Positions 31,333-40,163 of a stretch of DNA of 64,000 bases are shown one piece after another. The stretch lies in contig NBNH01000013.1 in the NCBI GenBank assembly GCA_004379115.1, positions 4,136 to 68,135 of the forward strand. Reading direction: 5' to 3'. How positions within the stretch are numbered: the stretch's first letter is position 1; each line of letters opens with the position of its first letter. The translations under genes were made by a program, and so were the position numbers. The notes beneath the pieces are model-generated. The model was not told the origin of the DNA. It ran no database searches and saw only the letters and a program-made list of their open reading frames with translations. The DNA is from Actinomycetales bacterium mxb001 (GTDB taxonomy: Bacteria; Actinomycetota; Actinomycetes; S36-B12).

Positions 31333-32217
31333 GTGAGCGAGCCCGTCGGCGTTCTCATCATCGACAAGCCGGTCGGAATCACCTCGCATGGCGTCGTTGC
31401 GCGCGTCCGCAAGGCGCTCGGAATCCGCAAGGTTGGCCACGCGGGAACGCTCGACCCGGATGCGACCGGGGTCCTTGTCGTAGGAGTGGGACCGGCAACG
31501 CGACTGCTCGGCTATCTCGCTGCCTCCGATAAGGAGTACACCAGCACCTTCGTGCTCGGTCAGTCCACGCTCACCGATGACGCGGCGGGCGACACCATCG
31601 CCTGGGCAGATGCCCACGAACTCACTCGAGATGAGATCGAGCACGCCATGCTCGCGTTGACGGGTGCGATCGAGCAGCGCCCGAGTTCGGTGAGCGCGAT
31701 CAAGGTCTCCGGCAAGCGTGCCTATGACCTCGTCCGGTCCGGTGAGGATGTCGAATTGGCGACCCGACCGGTCACGGTGTCCGCGTTCGATCTCCTCGAC
31801 GTGTGCGCCGAGGAGCGCCAGGGTCATCGCGTGATGGTCGCGAAGGTGCGGGTGGACTGCTCGGCGGGCACCTACGTGCGAGCACTTGCCCGCGATCTCG
31901 GCCAGGCACTGGGAGTCGGCGGTCATGTGGCGACCCTTCGTCGCACGCGCTCGGGAGCCTTCACCCTCGACGACGCCGTCGCCCTCGACGACGTGTCGAC
32001 GTCGAGTCGCCTCCTGCGTCCCGCCGAAGCTGCGCGGCGGACGCTACCCACCGTCGCCATCTCCAGCGATGCCGGCAGGCTGGCGCGCCACGGCGTCCAG
32101 CTGCCCTGGCCCGCTGATGCGGGAGCCGGACCGGTGGCCTTCCTCGACGGTGACGATCTTGTCGGCGTGGCGCAGGAGCGCTCGGGACGAACCGCTTGGT
32201 CGGTGGTCTTCGCCTAG
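31333..32217 (+). CDS. truB: tRNA pseudouridine(55) synthase
   Basis: 294 aa. Motifs IIDKPVGITSHGVV and catalytic Asp motif GHAGTLDPDATGVL. Confidence 0.9.
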   Translation: MSEPVGVLIIDKPVGITSHGVVARVRKALGIRKVGHAGTLDPDATGVLVVGVGPATRLLGYLAASDKEYTSTFVLGQSTLTDDAAGDTIAWADAHELTRDEIEHAMLALTGAIEQRPSSVSAIKVSGKRAYDLVRSGEDVELATRPVTVSAFDLLDVCAEERQGHRVMVAKVRVDCSAGTYVRALARDLGQALGVGGHVATLRRTRSGAFTLDDAVALDDVSTSSRLLRPAEAARRTLPTVAISSDAGRLARHGVQLPWPADAGAGPVAFLDGDDLVGVAQERSGRTAWSVVFA

Positions 32218-34427
32218 CGGGCGAGCGTGCCGCGCGCCGTCTCGGGTGACAGGTTGTCGACGAGGACGCGTACCCACTCGTCGCAGACCGCGTCGAGCGG
32301 AAATGATGCTGCGACCTGCCGCTGGGCCTCGCGAGCAGTTGCGTCCCATGCGCCAGACGCCACGGTGTCATGGATCGCTGCGGCCATCGTGGTGGGGTCG
32401 GCATGGATCCAACGTGTGTCGTAGATGGTGTCGGCACCGGGCCACGGCAGGAGTGCCGGGACGGCACCGGATGCCATCCCCTCGGCGGGTGCCAGGTGAA
32501 AGCTCTCGTCGTCGGACGTGGAGAGAACCCAACCCACGCGCCGCAGCCAGGCGGGTACGTCGCCACCGAATCCGTCGAACGACACTGCGCCACGCACGGA
32601 GGGATCATCGTGCAGGCGGGCGAAGAGCGCCTCGGTGTCTGCGCGCTCCTCGGGCTTGCGCCAGATCCACCAGTAATCCCAGGGCAGTTTGGACTTCACG
32701 GCCAGGCGGTATCGCCGATCACGACGTCGCAGGAGCGACAGCACCTCGAGGCCCAGATCGGGCCGCTTGCGCATGGGGGAGATGCCGATCATGCCGAGGG
32801 TGAACTCGACGCCGGGGAGCTTGGGCCGCGCGAACTGCGCTACGTCGACCCAATTGGGAATGACGACGATGCGGTCGACCGGCCAGCCGGTGCGCTCGGC
32901 GGTCAACTGCGCGTAGAAGGGGCTCACGCAGACGACCTGGTCGACGGCGTCGATGCGTACGTCGGAGAGCCAGCCTGCATCGAGCTCAAAGCGGTGCAAT
33001 CGAACGATCAAGCGCTGTCCGGGTCTCTTGTGGCGGCTGTACCAGACGATGTTGGGCCCGGCCCACTCGCAGATGATGACGTCCGCCCACTCGGCGAGGT
33101 CCTTGCTCACCTCTTCGTCGTGCGTCGTCAGGCTGCTCCACGGGTCGAGGCGCACCTCGACTCCGGGCACCGAGCGCAGGTGGTCGAGGAGTCGGCTGAA
33201 GAACTTCAGGTCGTGGCTCGCGACACCCACGCGCAAGGGGCGGTCGCGGTCGGCCAGAGCGGCAGGCTCGGAAGGGAAGGCGCGGGCCAGGAGCCCGGCA
33301 AGGCGATCGGCGGAGGCCACCATGCTGAAGGCCTCGGCGCTGGCCGTTGCCGCCGTAAGAGCGGCGGCGTAGACCGAAGGCTGGGTCATGACCTGGACGA
33401 TGGCGGCGACGACGTCGTTCTCGTCGGCGACGAAGAGCGGATAGTCCTCGCCGAGGAGGTGCTCGTGCATCGGCGTGCGGTTGAGTAGAGCGGGTACGCC
33501 AAGCGCACCGAATTCCAAGACCTTCGTCGACAGTTCGAGACTGGCGTCCATCTGCGGGGCGCGCCAGGAGAGGCCGAGATCGGCCGCTGCGGTGAGCTCC
33601 ATCGCCGCCTGCCGCGGCATGCCGCCGTGCCACACCACTCCCGGGCTAGCCTCCAGCGCCTCGCGCATCCGTCGCGACCAGTCAGGGTCATCGGGGACGT
33701 CATGGATCTTGTCGCCGATCATGTGGAGTTGAGCGTCGATTCCCTGCTCGGCCAGCAACGCCGGCAGGCGGGTCATGGGCAGGGTGTTCCACAAGGGTGC
33801 GAACTTGCCGGTGTAGACGAGTTGGATCGGGGTTGTTCGCCCTTCGAGTGCTGGGCGCGTGGGCAGGGCGAATGTCGGTTCGGGAACGACCGGGCTCCAC
33901 AGCACGGACCGGCCGCAGGCGGCGGGCACCATGGCCTCGAGCAGGTCGCGCAGTTCCTCGGTCTGGCAGAGCATGAAGCGGCTGGCCTCGGCTATGGCTT
34001 CGAGTTGCTCGAGGGCCTCGGGAGTGAACTCGAGCGGGGACTGCGGGATGTCGGTGAGGTAGGTCCACAAGCGGCCCGCCAGTGAACTGCTCGAAGCGGC
34101 CGTTACGAGGCGCAGCCCACGGACGACGACGAGATCAGCGGGCTCGGACGCATCGAGAGACTCGAGGATCCGCACTGCCTCGGGTGCGGACAGTGGGCTT
34201 CGTCCCACGGCCAAGGATTCGGTGAAGGGATCGACGACGCGAACACCGGTCAGTGATCGGAGTGGATCGACCAGGCGGGGAGTCTCGATCGGGGCCTTGA
34301 GAAGGACACGCACCGACACTCCGCACCGAGACAGCGCCTCGGTCATGGACTGCACCCAGATAGCGGACCCGTCGAGGATGTTGAGGTTGACGTCGCCGTA
34401 GACCAAAGCGGTGAGTGGGCGCGTCAC
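32214..34427 (-). CDS. tandem double GT-B (GT4-like) glycosyltransferase, candidate polymerising enzyme
   Basis: 737 aa in two halves, about 1-370 and about 400-737, each of GT-B length. The C-terminal half has the GT4 EX7E-type motif SDDESFHLAPAEGMASGAVP. GTG start overlaps the upstream gene's stop (GTGA). Confidence 0.6.
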   Translation of the reverse strand: MTRPLTALVYGDVNLNILDGSAIWVQSMTEALSRCGVSVRVLLKAPIETPRLVDPLRSLTGVRVVDPFTESLAVGRSPLSAPEAVRILESLDASEPADLVVVRGLRLVTAASSSSLAGRLWTYLTDIPQSPLEFTPEALEQLEAIAEASRFMLCQTEELRDLLEAMVPAACGRSVLWSPVVPEPTFALPTRPALEGRTTPIQLVYTGKFAPLWNTLPMTRLPALLAEQGIDAQLHMIGDKIHDVPDDPDWSRRMREALEASPGVVWHGGMPRQAAMELTAAADLGLSWRAPQMDASLELSTKVLEFGALGVPALLNRTPMHEHLLGEDYPLFVADENDVVAAIVQVMTQPSVYAAALTAATASAEAFSMVASADRLAGLLARAFPSEPAALADRDRPLRVGVASHDLKFFSRLLDHLRSVPGVEVRLDPWSSLTTHDEEVSKDLAEWADVIICEWAGPNIVWYSRHKRPGQRLIVRLHRFELDAGWLSDVRIDAVDQVVCVSPFYAQLTAERTGWPVDRIVVIPNWVDVAQFARPKLPGVEFTLGMIGISPMRKRPDLGLEVLSLLRRRDRRYRLAVKSKLPWDYWWIWRKPEERADTEALFARLHDDPSVRGAVSFDGFGGDVPAWLRRVGWVLSTSDDESFHLAPAEGMASGAVPALLPWPGADTIYDTRWIHADPTTMAAAIHDTVASGAWDATAREAQRQVAASFPLDAVCDEWVRVLVDNLSPETARGTLAR

Positions 34428-36022
34428 GATGCGCTCCAGAGCGCGGCGTCGCTGGGGCGCGCGCGAGCGGACATGCCCGCGATCCGTTCGACGAGCAGGT
34501 CCGCGATGGCGTGTGGATCGGTGATCTCGACCTGGGCGGCGACGAGCGGGCAGCTGGCCGCGAGCGAGAGGTCGTCACGGGTCCCCGCGCCATGGGTCAC
34601 CACCACGCCGATGCCGTGCTCGGCCAGGACGGCGTGAGCGCGTCCGGCAAGAGGTGCGCTCACGAGGACCTCTCGTGGTCGCCAGGACTGGAGCAGGATG
34701 GCGTCGACATCGGGGTCGGTGAGCACGAGCGAGACGTCCCAGCACGCCTTGGGGTGGGCCCGGAGCCCGAGACGGTGGGACAGGTCGTCGAGCGCGACGG
34801 GAACCGATGCGTTGAGCAGGATCTCGCGCAGGACGAGACGACGTTCGTCGTCGCCGAGCGGAACCCGTGCTGCGGCGATGGCGGCGACGAGGTCGGTGTC
34901 AGCATCGACCGTGACGCGAGCCCATGAGGAGCGCGGGAGCAGGCGGTCGAGATCGACGTCGGTGGATCCCAGCAGTCGACGTCCCGACGCCAGTGTGCCG
35001 AGGCTTCCGGCCGATCCGCCGACCATGGTGGGGGCGACGCGCAGCGGCGATGCGATCCCGAAGGCCGAACTCGCGAGCGCAGCGCGCCGGGCCGGCACGA
35101 CGGGATAGCGCGGGTCCGGGGTGATCGTGTGGATGCCCGCACCGTGGAGAGCGTGGGCCAGGGCCTGGATGAGTGATCGATCGGCGAGCGGCACGCGGGA
35201 ATGGGTGAGGGGATCGGTGCCGACGATGACGGCGCGGTCGCCGACTCCTGCACCGGCCATCGGCCAGGCGGCGGGGTCGATGCCCGGATTCCACGGCGTA
35301 CCGCGCGATGACCCGGGGCCATCGAGGATGAGGTCGCACTGAGACGCCAGGGGTTCGAGGAAGGCCGTGTGGGCGGGCGATGTCGTGCGCAGGAGCACCA
35401 CGGGGATGCCGCGCTCGCGTGCTGCGTCGACGAGGCGCTGCGCCGCGATCTGGCGATCAGCGGCCGCGGGATCTCCGAGGAAGGACCACGGTTGGCCCGG
35501 CAACGCGGCTGCCGAGTCGATGACGACGACGTCGGCGCCGACGGCGCTGACGATCTCGGCGGCCTCGTGGGGCAGCGCCGAGGTCACGGCCGCGTAGGGA
35601 GACCACGCAGTCGCCAGTTCTTCGTTCAGCGCGCCGACGATGGTGAACGCCGCATCCGGGCGCGCAGACGCACGCGGTAGCAGGAGGCGAGCGGCATCCA
35701 GATCGAGTACTTCGTCGCGGCGCGTGCGCGTGACCGGGGTCGATGCCCCGGATCCGCGTCGAGACTTGCGCAGGCGCCAGACGCGCCACAGGTCGCGGGG
35801 GAGGAGGACCAGGCGTCGAGGACTGCGTGCCGCCTCGACGAAGAGCGAGCCCACCGTGTACTTCGCGCTGCGCTCCATGCGCTCCAGGGCGCGTTCGGCG
35901 CGTTCGGCGCGGGCCTCGGCCTGACGCAACTGCGACCGCAATCGAGCGCTATCCGTCGAAGGACGTCCCTCGGCGTCGTCGGGAGCGTCGCCCGGGGCAG
36001 TGTCGGCGAGCGGCTCGCTCAT
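34424..36022 (-). CDS. hypothetical polysaccharide-locus protein: N-terminal coiled coil plus CgeB/DUF3880-like region (tentative)
   Basis: 532 aa. LRSQLRQAEARAERAERALERMERS is followed by YTVGSLFVEAARSPRRLVLLPRDLWRVWRLRK. Translationally coupled on both sides (ATGA and GTGA overlaps). GC3-rich frame. No catalytic motif recognised. Confidence 0.4.
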   Translation of the reverse strand: MSEPLADTAPGDAPDDAEGRPSTDSARLRSQLRQAEARAERAERALERMERSAKYTVGSLFVEAARSPRRLVLLPRDLWRVWRLRKSRRGSGASTPVTRTRRDEVLDLDAARLLLPRASARPDAAFTIVGALNEELATAWSPYAAVTSALPHEAAEIVSAVGADVVVIDSAAALPGQPWSFLGDPAAADRQIAAQRLVDAARERGIPVVLLRTTSPAHTAFLEPLASQCDLILDGPGSSRGTPWNPGIDPAAWPMAGAGVGDRAVIVGTDPLTHSRVPLADRSLIQALAHALHGAGIHTITPDPRYPVVPARRAALASSAFGIASPLRVAPTMVGGSAGSLGTLASGRRLLGSTDVDLDRLLPRSSWARVTVDADTDLVAAIAAARVPLGDDERRLVLREILLNASVPVALDDLSHRLGLRAHPKACWDVSLVLTDPDVDAILLQSWRPREVLVSAPLAGRAHAVLAEHGIGVVVTHGAGTRDDLSLAASCPLVAAQVEITDPHAIADLLVERIAGMSARARPSDAALWSAS

Positions 36023-37104
36023 GCGGTCTCTCGGGCATCAAGCCAGTCGAGGATCACATGAGCAATTCGCTCACCGGAGCGGCCATCCCACAGGGGCGGT
36101 GTCATGCGCGACTCGATGCCATCGTCGAGGACGGCGTCGAGAAGGGCAAGAAGGTTGTCGGCCGAGGCGAGTCGATTGGTCCCGTGGGTGATCGTGATCG
36201 GCCGCTCCGTGTTGGGGCGCAGCGTCAGGCACGGCACCCCCAGCATGGTGGTCTCCTCTTGAACGCCGCCCGAGTCGGTGATGACCGCGGCACTGCCGCG
36301 GACGAGCGAGATGAAGTCGAGGTAGCCGAGAGGTTCCACCACGTGAATGCGCGGGTGATCGGCGATGCCAAGTGCTTCGAGGACGGCGCGGCCGCGTGGG
36401 TGAAGAGGCAGGACGATGTCGGCGCGGGAGGCAGCCGACTGCATGAGGGCAACGAGGGCACCGGCGGATTCGGGATCGTCGACATTGCCCGGTCGGTGCA
36501 GCGTGGCCACGAGGTATCGCTCCGGGAGTCCGAGGGACTCGCGTGCTCGCTGGGCGTCGAGGCGATCGAGGTTGGCGAGCAGGGTGTCGATCATGGGATT
36601 GCCGACGAGGTGAATGCGGTCGGGATCCACCCCCTCACGAGCGAGGTGGGCAATGGCGTCGGGACTGGTGCAGAAGAGCAGGTCCGACAGGCGGTCCGTG
36701 ACGATGCGATTGATCTCCTCAGGCATGGACATGTCGAAACTGCGCAGCCCAGCCTCGACGTGTGCCACGGGAAAGCCCAGCTTGGCGGCGGTGACGGCTG
36801 CCGCCAGGGTGGAGTTGACGTCGCCGTACACGATGACGAGTTCGGGACGTGTCTGGAGGAACTCCTCCTCGAGTCCGACCATGAGAGCTGCCGTCTGCTG
36901 TGCGTGGGTGCCTGAGCCCACCCCGAGATTGATGTCAGGTCGGGGCAGGTCGAGTTCGCGGAAGAAGATCTCGGACATGCGGTCGTCGTAGTGCTGTCCT
37001 GTGTGCACCAGGCGCTGACGTACCCCGGCCGCAGCCAAGGCGGCGATGACGGGAGCGGCCTTCGGGAAATTGGGGCGCGCTCCGGTCACGTGGAGCAGGG
37101 TCAT
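36019..37104 (-). CDS. wecB: UDP-N-acetylglucosamine 2-epimerase (non-hydrolysing)
   Basis: 361 aa. Motifs VHTGQHYDDRMS, VYGDVNSTLA, DSGGVQEETT. Confidence 0.85.
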   Translation of the reverse strand: MTLLHVTGARPNFPKAAPVIAALAAAGVRQRLVHTGQHYDDRMSEIFFRELDLPRPDINLGVGSGTHAQQTAALMVGLEEEFLQTRPELVIVYGDVNSTLAAAVTAAKLGFPVAHVEAGLRSFDMSMPEEINRIVTDRLSDLLFCTSPDAIAHLAREGVDPDRIHLVGNPMIDTLLANLDRLDAQRARESLGLPERYLVATLHRPGNVDDPESAGALVALMQSAASRADIVLPLHPRGRAVLEALGIADHPRIHVVEPLGYLDFISLVRGSAAVITDSGGVQEETTMLGVPCLTLRPNTERPITITHGTNRLASADNLLALLDAVLDDGIESRMTPPLWDGRSGERIAHVILDWLDARETA

Positions 37105-37154
37105 CGCTGCCTTCCTGTGGGCGTCGCGAGCCGGTCGGGGTGGTGGGCGACCTC

Positions 37155-37160
37155 TACTAT
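37155..37160 (+). promoter_or_regulatory. candidate -10 hexamer TACTAT in the divergent wecB / GT4 spacer
   Basis: This is the only AT-rich hexamer in the 75-nt spacer. It fits the actinobacterial TANNNT form and ends about 20 nt before the ATG at 37180, ahead of the GAGGAGG SD. No -35 element recognised. Confidence 0.25.
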
Positions 37161-37179
37161 CCCAGACGAGGAGGTGCCC

Positions 37180-38847
37180 ATGGCACGGCTGCGCGCCCTG
37201 CGGCGGGGCGCTGATGCGGCCCGTCGGCTACCCCTCGCGCTGACGGGAGCGGCTCGGCGGTTCGCGGAGGATCCGGCCCGAGGACGGGCCGCCCTCGAGC
37301 GCGCCTGGCCGGCCGTGGCCCGTGGGCCACGCGGCACCGATCCGGCCGCGCTCGTTGATCGAGCCGTGGCCGAGGACCGCCTGGTTGACGCCGAGGTCGC
37401 CCTGGCCCTTGTCGCCATGGACGATCCCCAGCGCGCATCGTGCGAGTTGGCCGTACGCCGGCTGCGTGGCGACATCATCGACGTCCTCGCCCAGCCCGTG
37501 GATGATGCGCGCGGACGTCGCGTGCAGCGACTCGCGCGCCGCCAGGCCGACGTCCTCACGTCACCCCTGCCCACCTGGGCCCGTCAGCCGCTGTCAACGG
37601 CGCCGCCCGCATCGCACACCCCGCCTGCGCGCATCCTGCACGTCGTCACCAACTCGCTTCCCCTCACCCAAGCCGGTTCGACGATCCGCACGCATCGGCT
37701 CGTGCAGGCGCAGCGTTCGCGTGGCTGGGATGCGCGCGCTGTTACCCGACCCGGCTATCCGGTGACTCATGGGGATCTCGATGCGACCTCAATCGAGTGG
37801 GTCGAGGACGTGCCCTATCTGCGCCTTCTTCCGGCGGTGATGCCGTCCGAGACCTCCATGGCGCAGGCCTATCGCGAGCTCCTTGCCCGGGTCGTCGACG
37901 ACGTGCGCCCGCATCTGCTCCACGCGGCCTCCGACCACGCGAATGCGCGGGCGGCCCTCGAGGTCGGTCGACGCGCCGGCATTCCCGTGGCCTATGAGGT
38001 GCGTGCCTTCCATGAGGACACGTGGTTGTCGCGCCACGGTGGCGAGGCGGCGCGCGAGCGCGATGTCTACCGATGGACCCGAGAGCGCCACACCGAGGTG
38101 ATGCTCGCCGCCGACCTGGTAACGACGCTCGGCGAGGCCATGCGCGCGGACATCATCGAGCGGGGCGTGGAGCCTGATCGGGTGATCGTCGTGCCGAACG
38201 GCGTCCCGCTGACATACCTCGACGACGTGTGCGAGTCGGCGGATGCTCGCGCCGCGCTCGGACTGGACCGTGAGGGCTTCTGGGTCGGCAGCGTCGCCAC
38301 CTTGCACGATGCTGAAGGACTCGACGTCATGCTCGATGCGCTGGCGATCCTGCGTGCCGAGGGGATCGATGCGCGTGCCTTGCTCGTCGGCGACGGCCCG
38401 GCTCTCCCGCGACTGCGCGATCGCGCACGCGAACTCGGAGTTCCGCTGGTGGCGCCCGGTCGCGTCCCGGTGTCGGAGGTGCGCGGGTGGTTCGACGCCC
38501 TCGACGTCTTCGCCTACCCGCGGCTCGACACCCCGCTCAATCGCGATGTCACCGGTCTGAAGCCGCTGGAGGCACAGGCGCGGAGACGACCGGTCGTCGG
38601 CACCGACCTGCCGGCTGTCGTCGAGGTGCTGGCCCCCGGCGCCCCGCTCGTCCCCGCGGGTGACGCGGACGCCCTCGCCCGTGCCCTGGGCGGCCTCGTC
38701 GACCCCGCCTCTCGGCGTCGGGTGGGTGAGGAGGGTCACGCATGGGTGGCGGCGCATCGCACGTGGCCTTCCGTGACTGCCCGCTACAGCACCGCGTACG
38801 CTGCTCTCGGCGTTCCCACCGAGGGAAATCCACCGTCGGGAGCATGA
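37180..38847 (+). CDS. GT4-family glycosyltransferase with an about 190-aa N-terminal extension
   Basis: 555 aa from the ATG at residue 64 of track ORF 36991..38847, with a GAGGAGG SD. The GT-B core starts at ILHVVTNSLPLTQAGSTIRTH. C-terminal motif GLKPLEAQARRRPVVGTD. Confidence 0.65.
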   Translation: MARLRALRRGADAARRLPLALTGAARRFAEDPARGRAALERAWPAVARGPRGTDPAALVDRAVAEDRLVDAEVALALVAMDDPQRASCELAVRRLRGDIIDVLAQPVDDARGRRVQRLARRQADVLTSPLPTWARQPLSTAPPASHTPPARILHVVTNSLPLTQAGSTIRTHRLVQAQRSRGWDARAVTRPGYPVTHGDLDATSIEWVEDVPYLRLLPAVMPSETSMAQAYRELLARVVDDVRPHLLHAASDHANARAALEVGRRAGIPVAYEVRAFHEDTWLSRHGGEAARERDVYRWTRERHTEVMLAADLVTTLGEAMRADIIERGVEPDRVIVVPNGVPLTYLDDVCESADARAALGLDREGFWVGSVATLHDAEGLDVMLDALAILRAEGIDARALLVGDGPALPRLRDRARELGVPLVAPGRVPVSEVRGWFDALDVFAYPRLDTPLNRDVTGLKPLEAQARRRPVVGTDLPAVVEVLAPGAPLVPAGDADALARALGGLVDPASRRRVGEEGHAWVAAHRTWPSVTARYSTAYAALGVPTEGNPPSGA

Positions 38848-38880
38848 CCCGACGCCTGCGTCCGTAATCCGAGGACGCAC

Positions 38881-40161
38881 GTGATGAAGGATGACGTGAC
38901 TATGGCCCGCGACCTCGTGGTGATCGGCCTGGGATACGTGGGCCTGCCCCTCGCCCAGGAGGCGACTCGCTCCGGTCTGTCCGTCACGGGATTCGATGTC
39001 TCGCAGCGCGTGGTCGAGGGCCTGCGTGCTGGGCGCTCGCACGTCGACGACCTGTCTGACGACGACATCGCCGACATGCTCGCCCGCGGCTTCGAGGCAA
39101 CGTCCGACCCGTCGGTCATCGCCGACGCCGATGCCGTGGTGATCTGCGTGCCCACGCCGCTTACTCCCGAGGGCGGCCCCGATCTCGGTCCCGTCCTGGG
39201 AGCGACTCGCGCGATCGCTGCGCACCTGCGCCCCGGTCACCTGGTCGTCCTCGAGTCCACGACCTACCCGGGCACCACCGACGATGAGGTGCGTCCCCTG
39301 CTGGAGGCCGGGGGATTGGTTGCCGGGTCCGACTTCCACCTGGCCTTCAGTCCTGAGCGCATCGATCCGGGCAATCCGACCTTCGGTATGCGCAACACGC
39401 CCAAGGTCGTCGGTGGCCACACGCCCGCGTGCACGGATGCCGCTGCCGAGTTCTACGGACGCTTCGTCGATACCGTCGTGCGCGCACGTGGCACCCGCGA
39501 GGCCGAGATGGCCAAGCTCCTCGAAAACACGTACCGTCACATCAACATCGCATTGGTCAACGAAATGGCCCGTTTCTGCCACGAGCTCGGGATCGACCTG
39601 TGGGATGTCATCGCCGCTGCGCGCAGCAAGCCGTTCGGCTTCCAGGCGTTCTACCCGGGCCCGGGGGTCGGTGGTCACTGCATCCCGATCGACCCCAACT
39701 ACCTGTCCTACCAGGTGCAGGCGAAGCTCGGCTATCCCTTCCGCTTCGTTGAGTTGGCTCAGGAGATCAACGCCGGCATGCCTGCCTACGTCGTGCGTCG
39801 CATACAGGACATCCTCAACGAGGACGGCAAGGCGTTGAGGGGATCGCGTGTGCTGCTCCTGGGTGTCACCTACAAGCCCGATATCGCCGACCAGCGCGAG
39901 TCGCCAGCCAAGCCCATCGCTCAACAGCTCATCGACAAGGGCGCTCACGTGACCTTCCACGACCCCCACGTGCAGGCCTGGCACCTCGGCGCGACGACAC
40001 TCGAGGTCGTGCCCGACCTCGATATCGCCCTTGAAGGAGCGGATGTCTGCGTCCTGCTGCAGAACCACGCGGCCTACGACGTCGATGCCCTCGCGCGCCG
40101 TGCATCGCAGTTCTTCGATACGCGCGGCGTCACCACCGACGACAAGGCGGTGCGGCTCTGA
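38881..40161 (+). CDS. NAD-dependent nucleotide-sugar 6-dehydrogenase (UDP-ManNAc/UDP-GlcNAc dehydrogenase type)
   Basis: 426 aa. Rossmann motif VVIGLGYVGLPLA and catalytic Cys in GVGGHCIPIDP. The start could be 38881, 38884 or 38902. Confidence 0.8.
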   Translation: MMKDDVTMARDLVVIGLGYVGLPLAQEATRSGLSVTGFDVSQRVVEGLRAGRSHVDDLSDDDIADMLARGFEATSDPSVIADADAVVICVPTPLTPEGGPDLGPVLGATRAIAAHLRPGHLVVLESTTYPGTTDDEVRPLLEAGGLVAGSDFHLAFSPERIDPGNPTFGMRNTPKVVGGHTPACTDAAAEFYGRFVDTVVRARGTREAEMAKLLENTYRHINIALVNEMARFCHELGIDLWDVIAAARSKPFGFQAFYPGPGVGGHCIPIDPNYLSYQVQAKLGYPFRFVELAQEINAGMPAYVVRRIQDILNEDGKALRGSRVLLLGVTYKPDIADQRESPAKPIAQQLIDKGAHVTFHDPHVQAWHLGATTLEVVPDLDIALEGADVCVLLQNHAAYDVDALARRASQFFDTRGVTTDDKAVRL

Positions 40162-40163
40162 TC

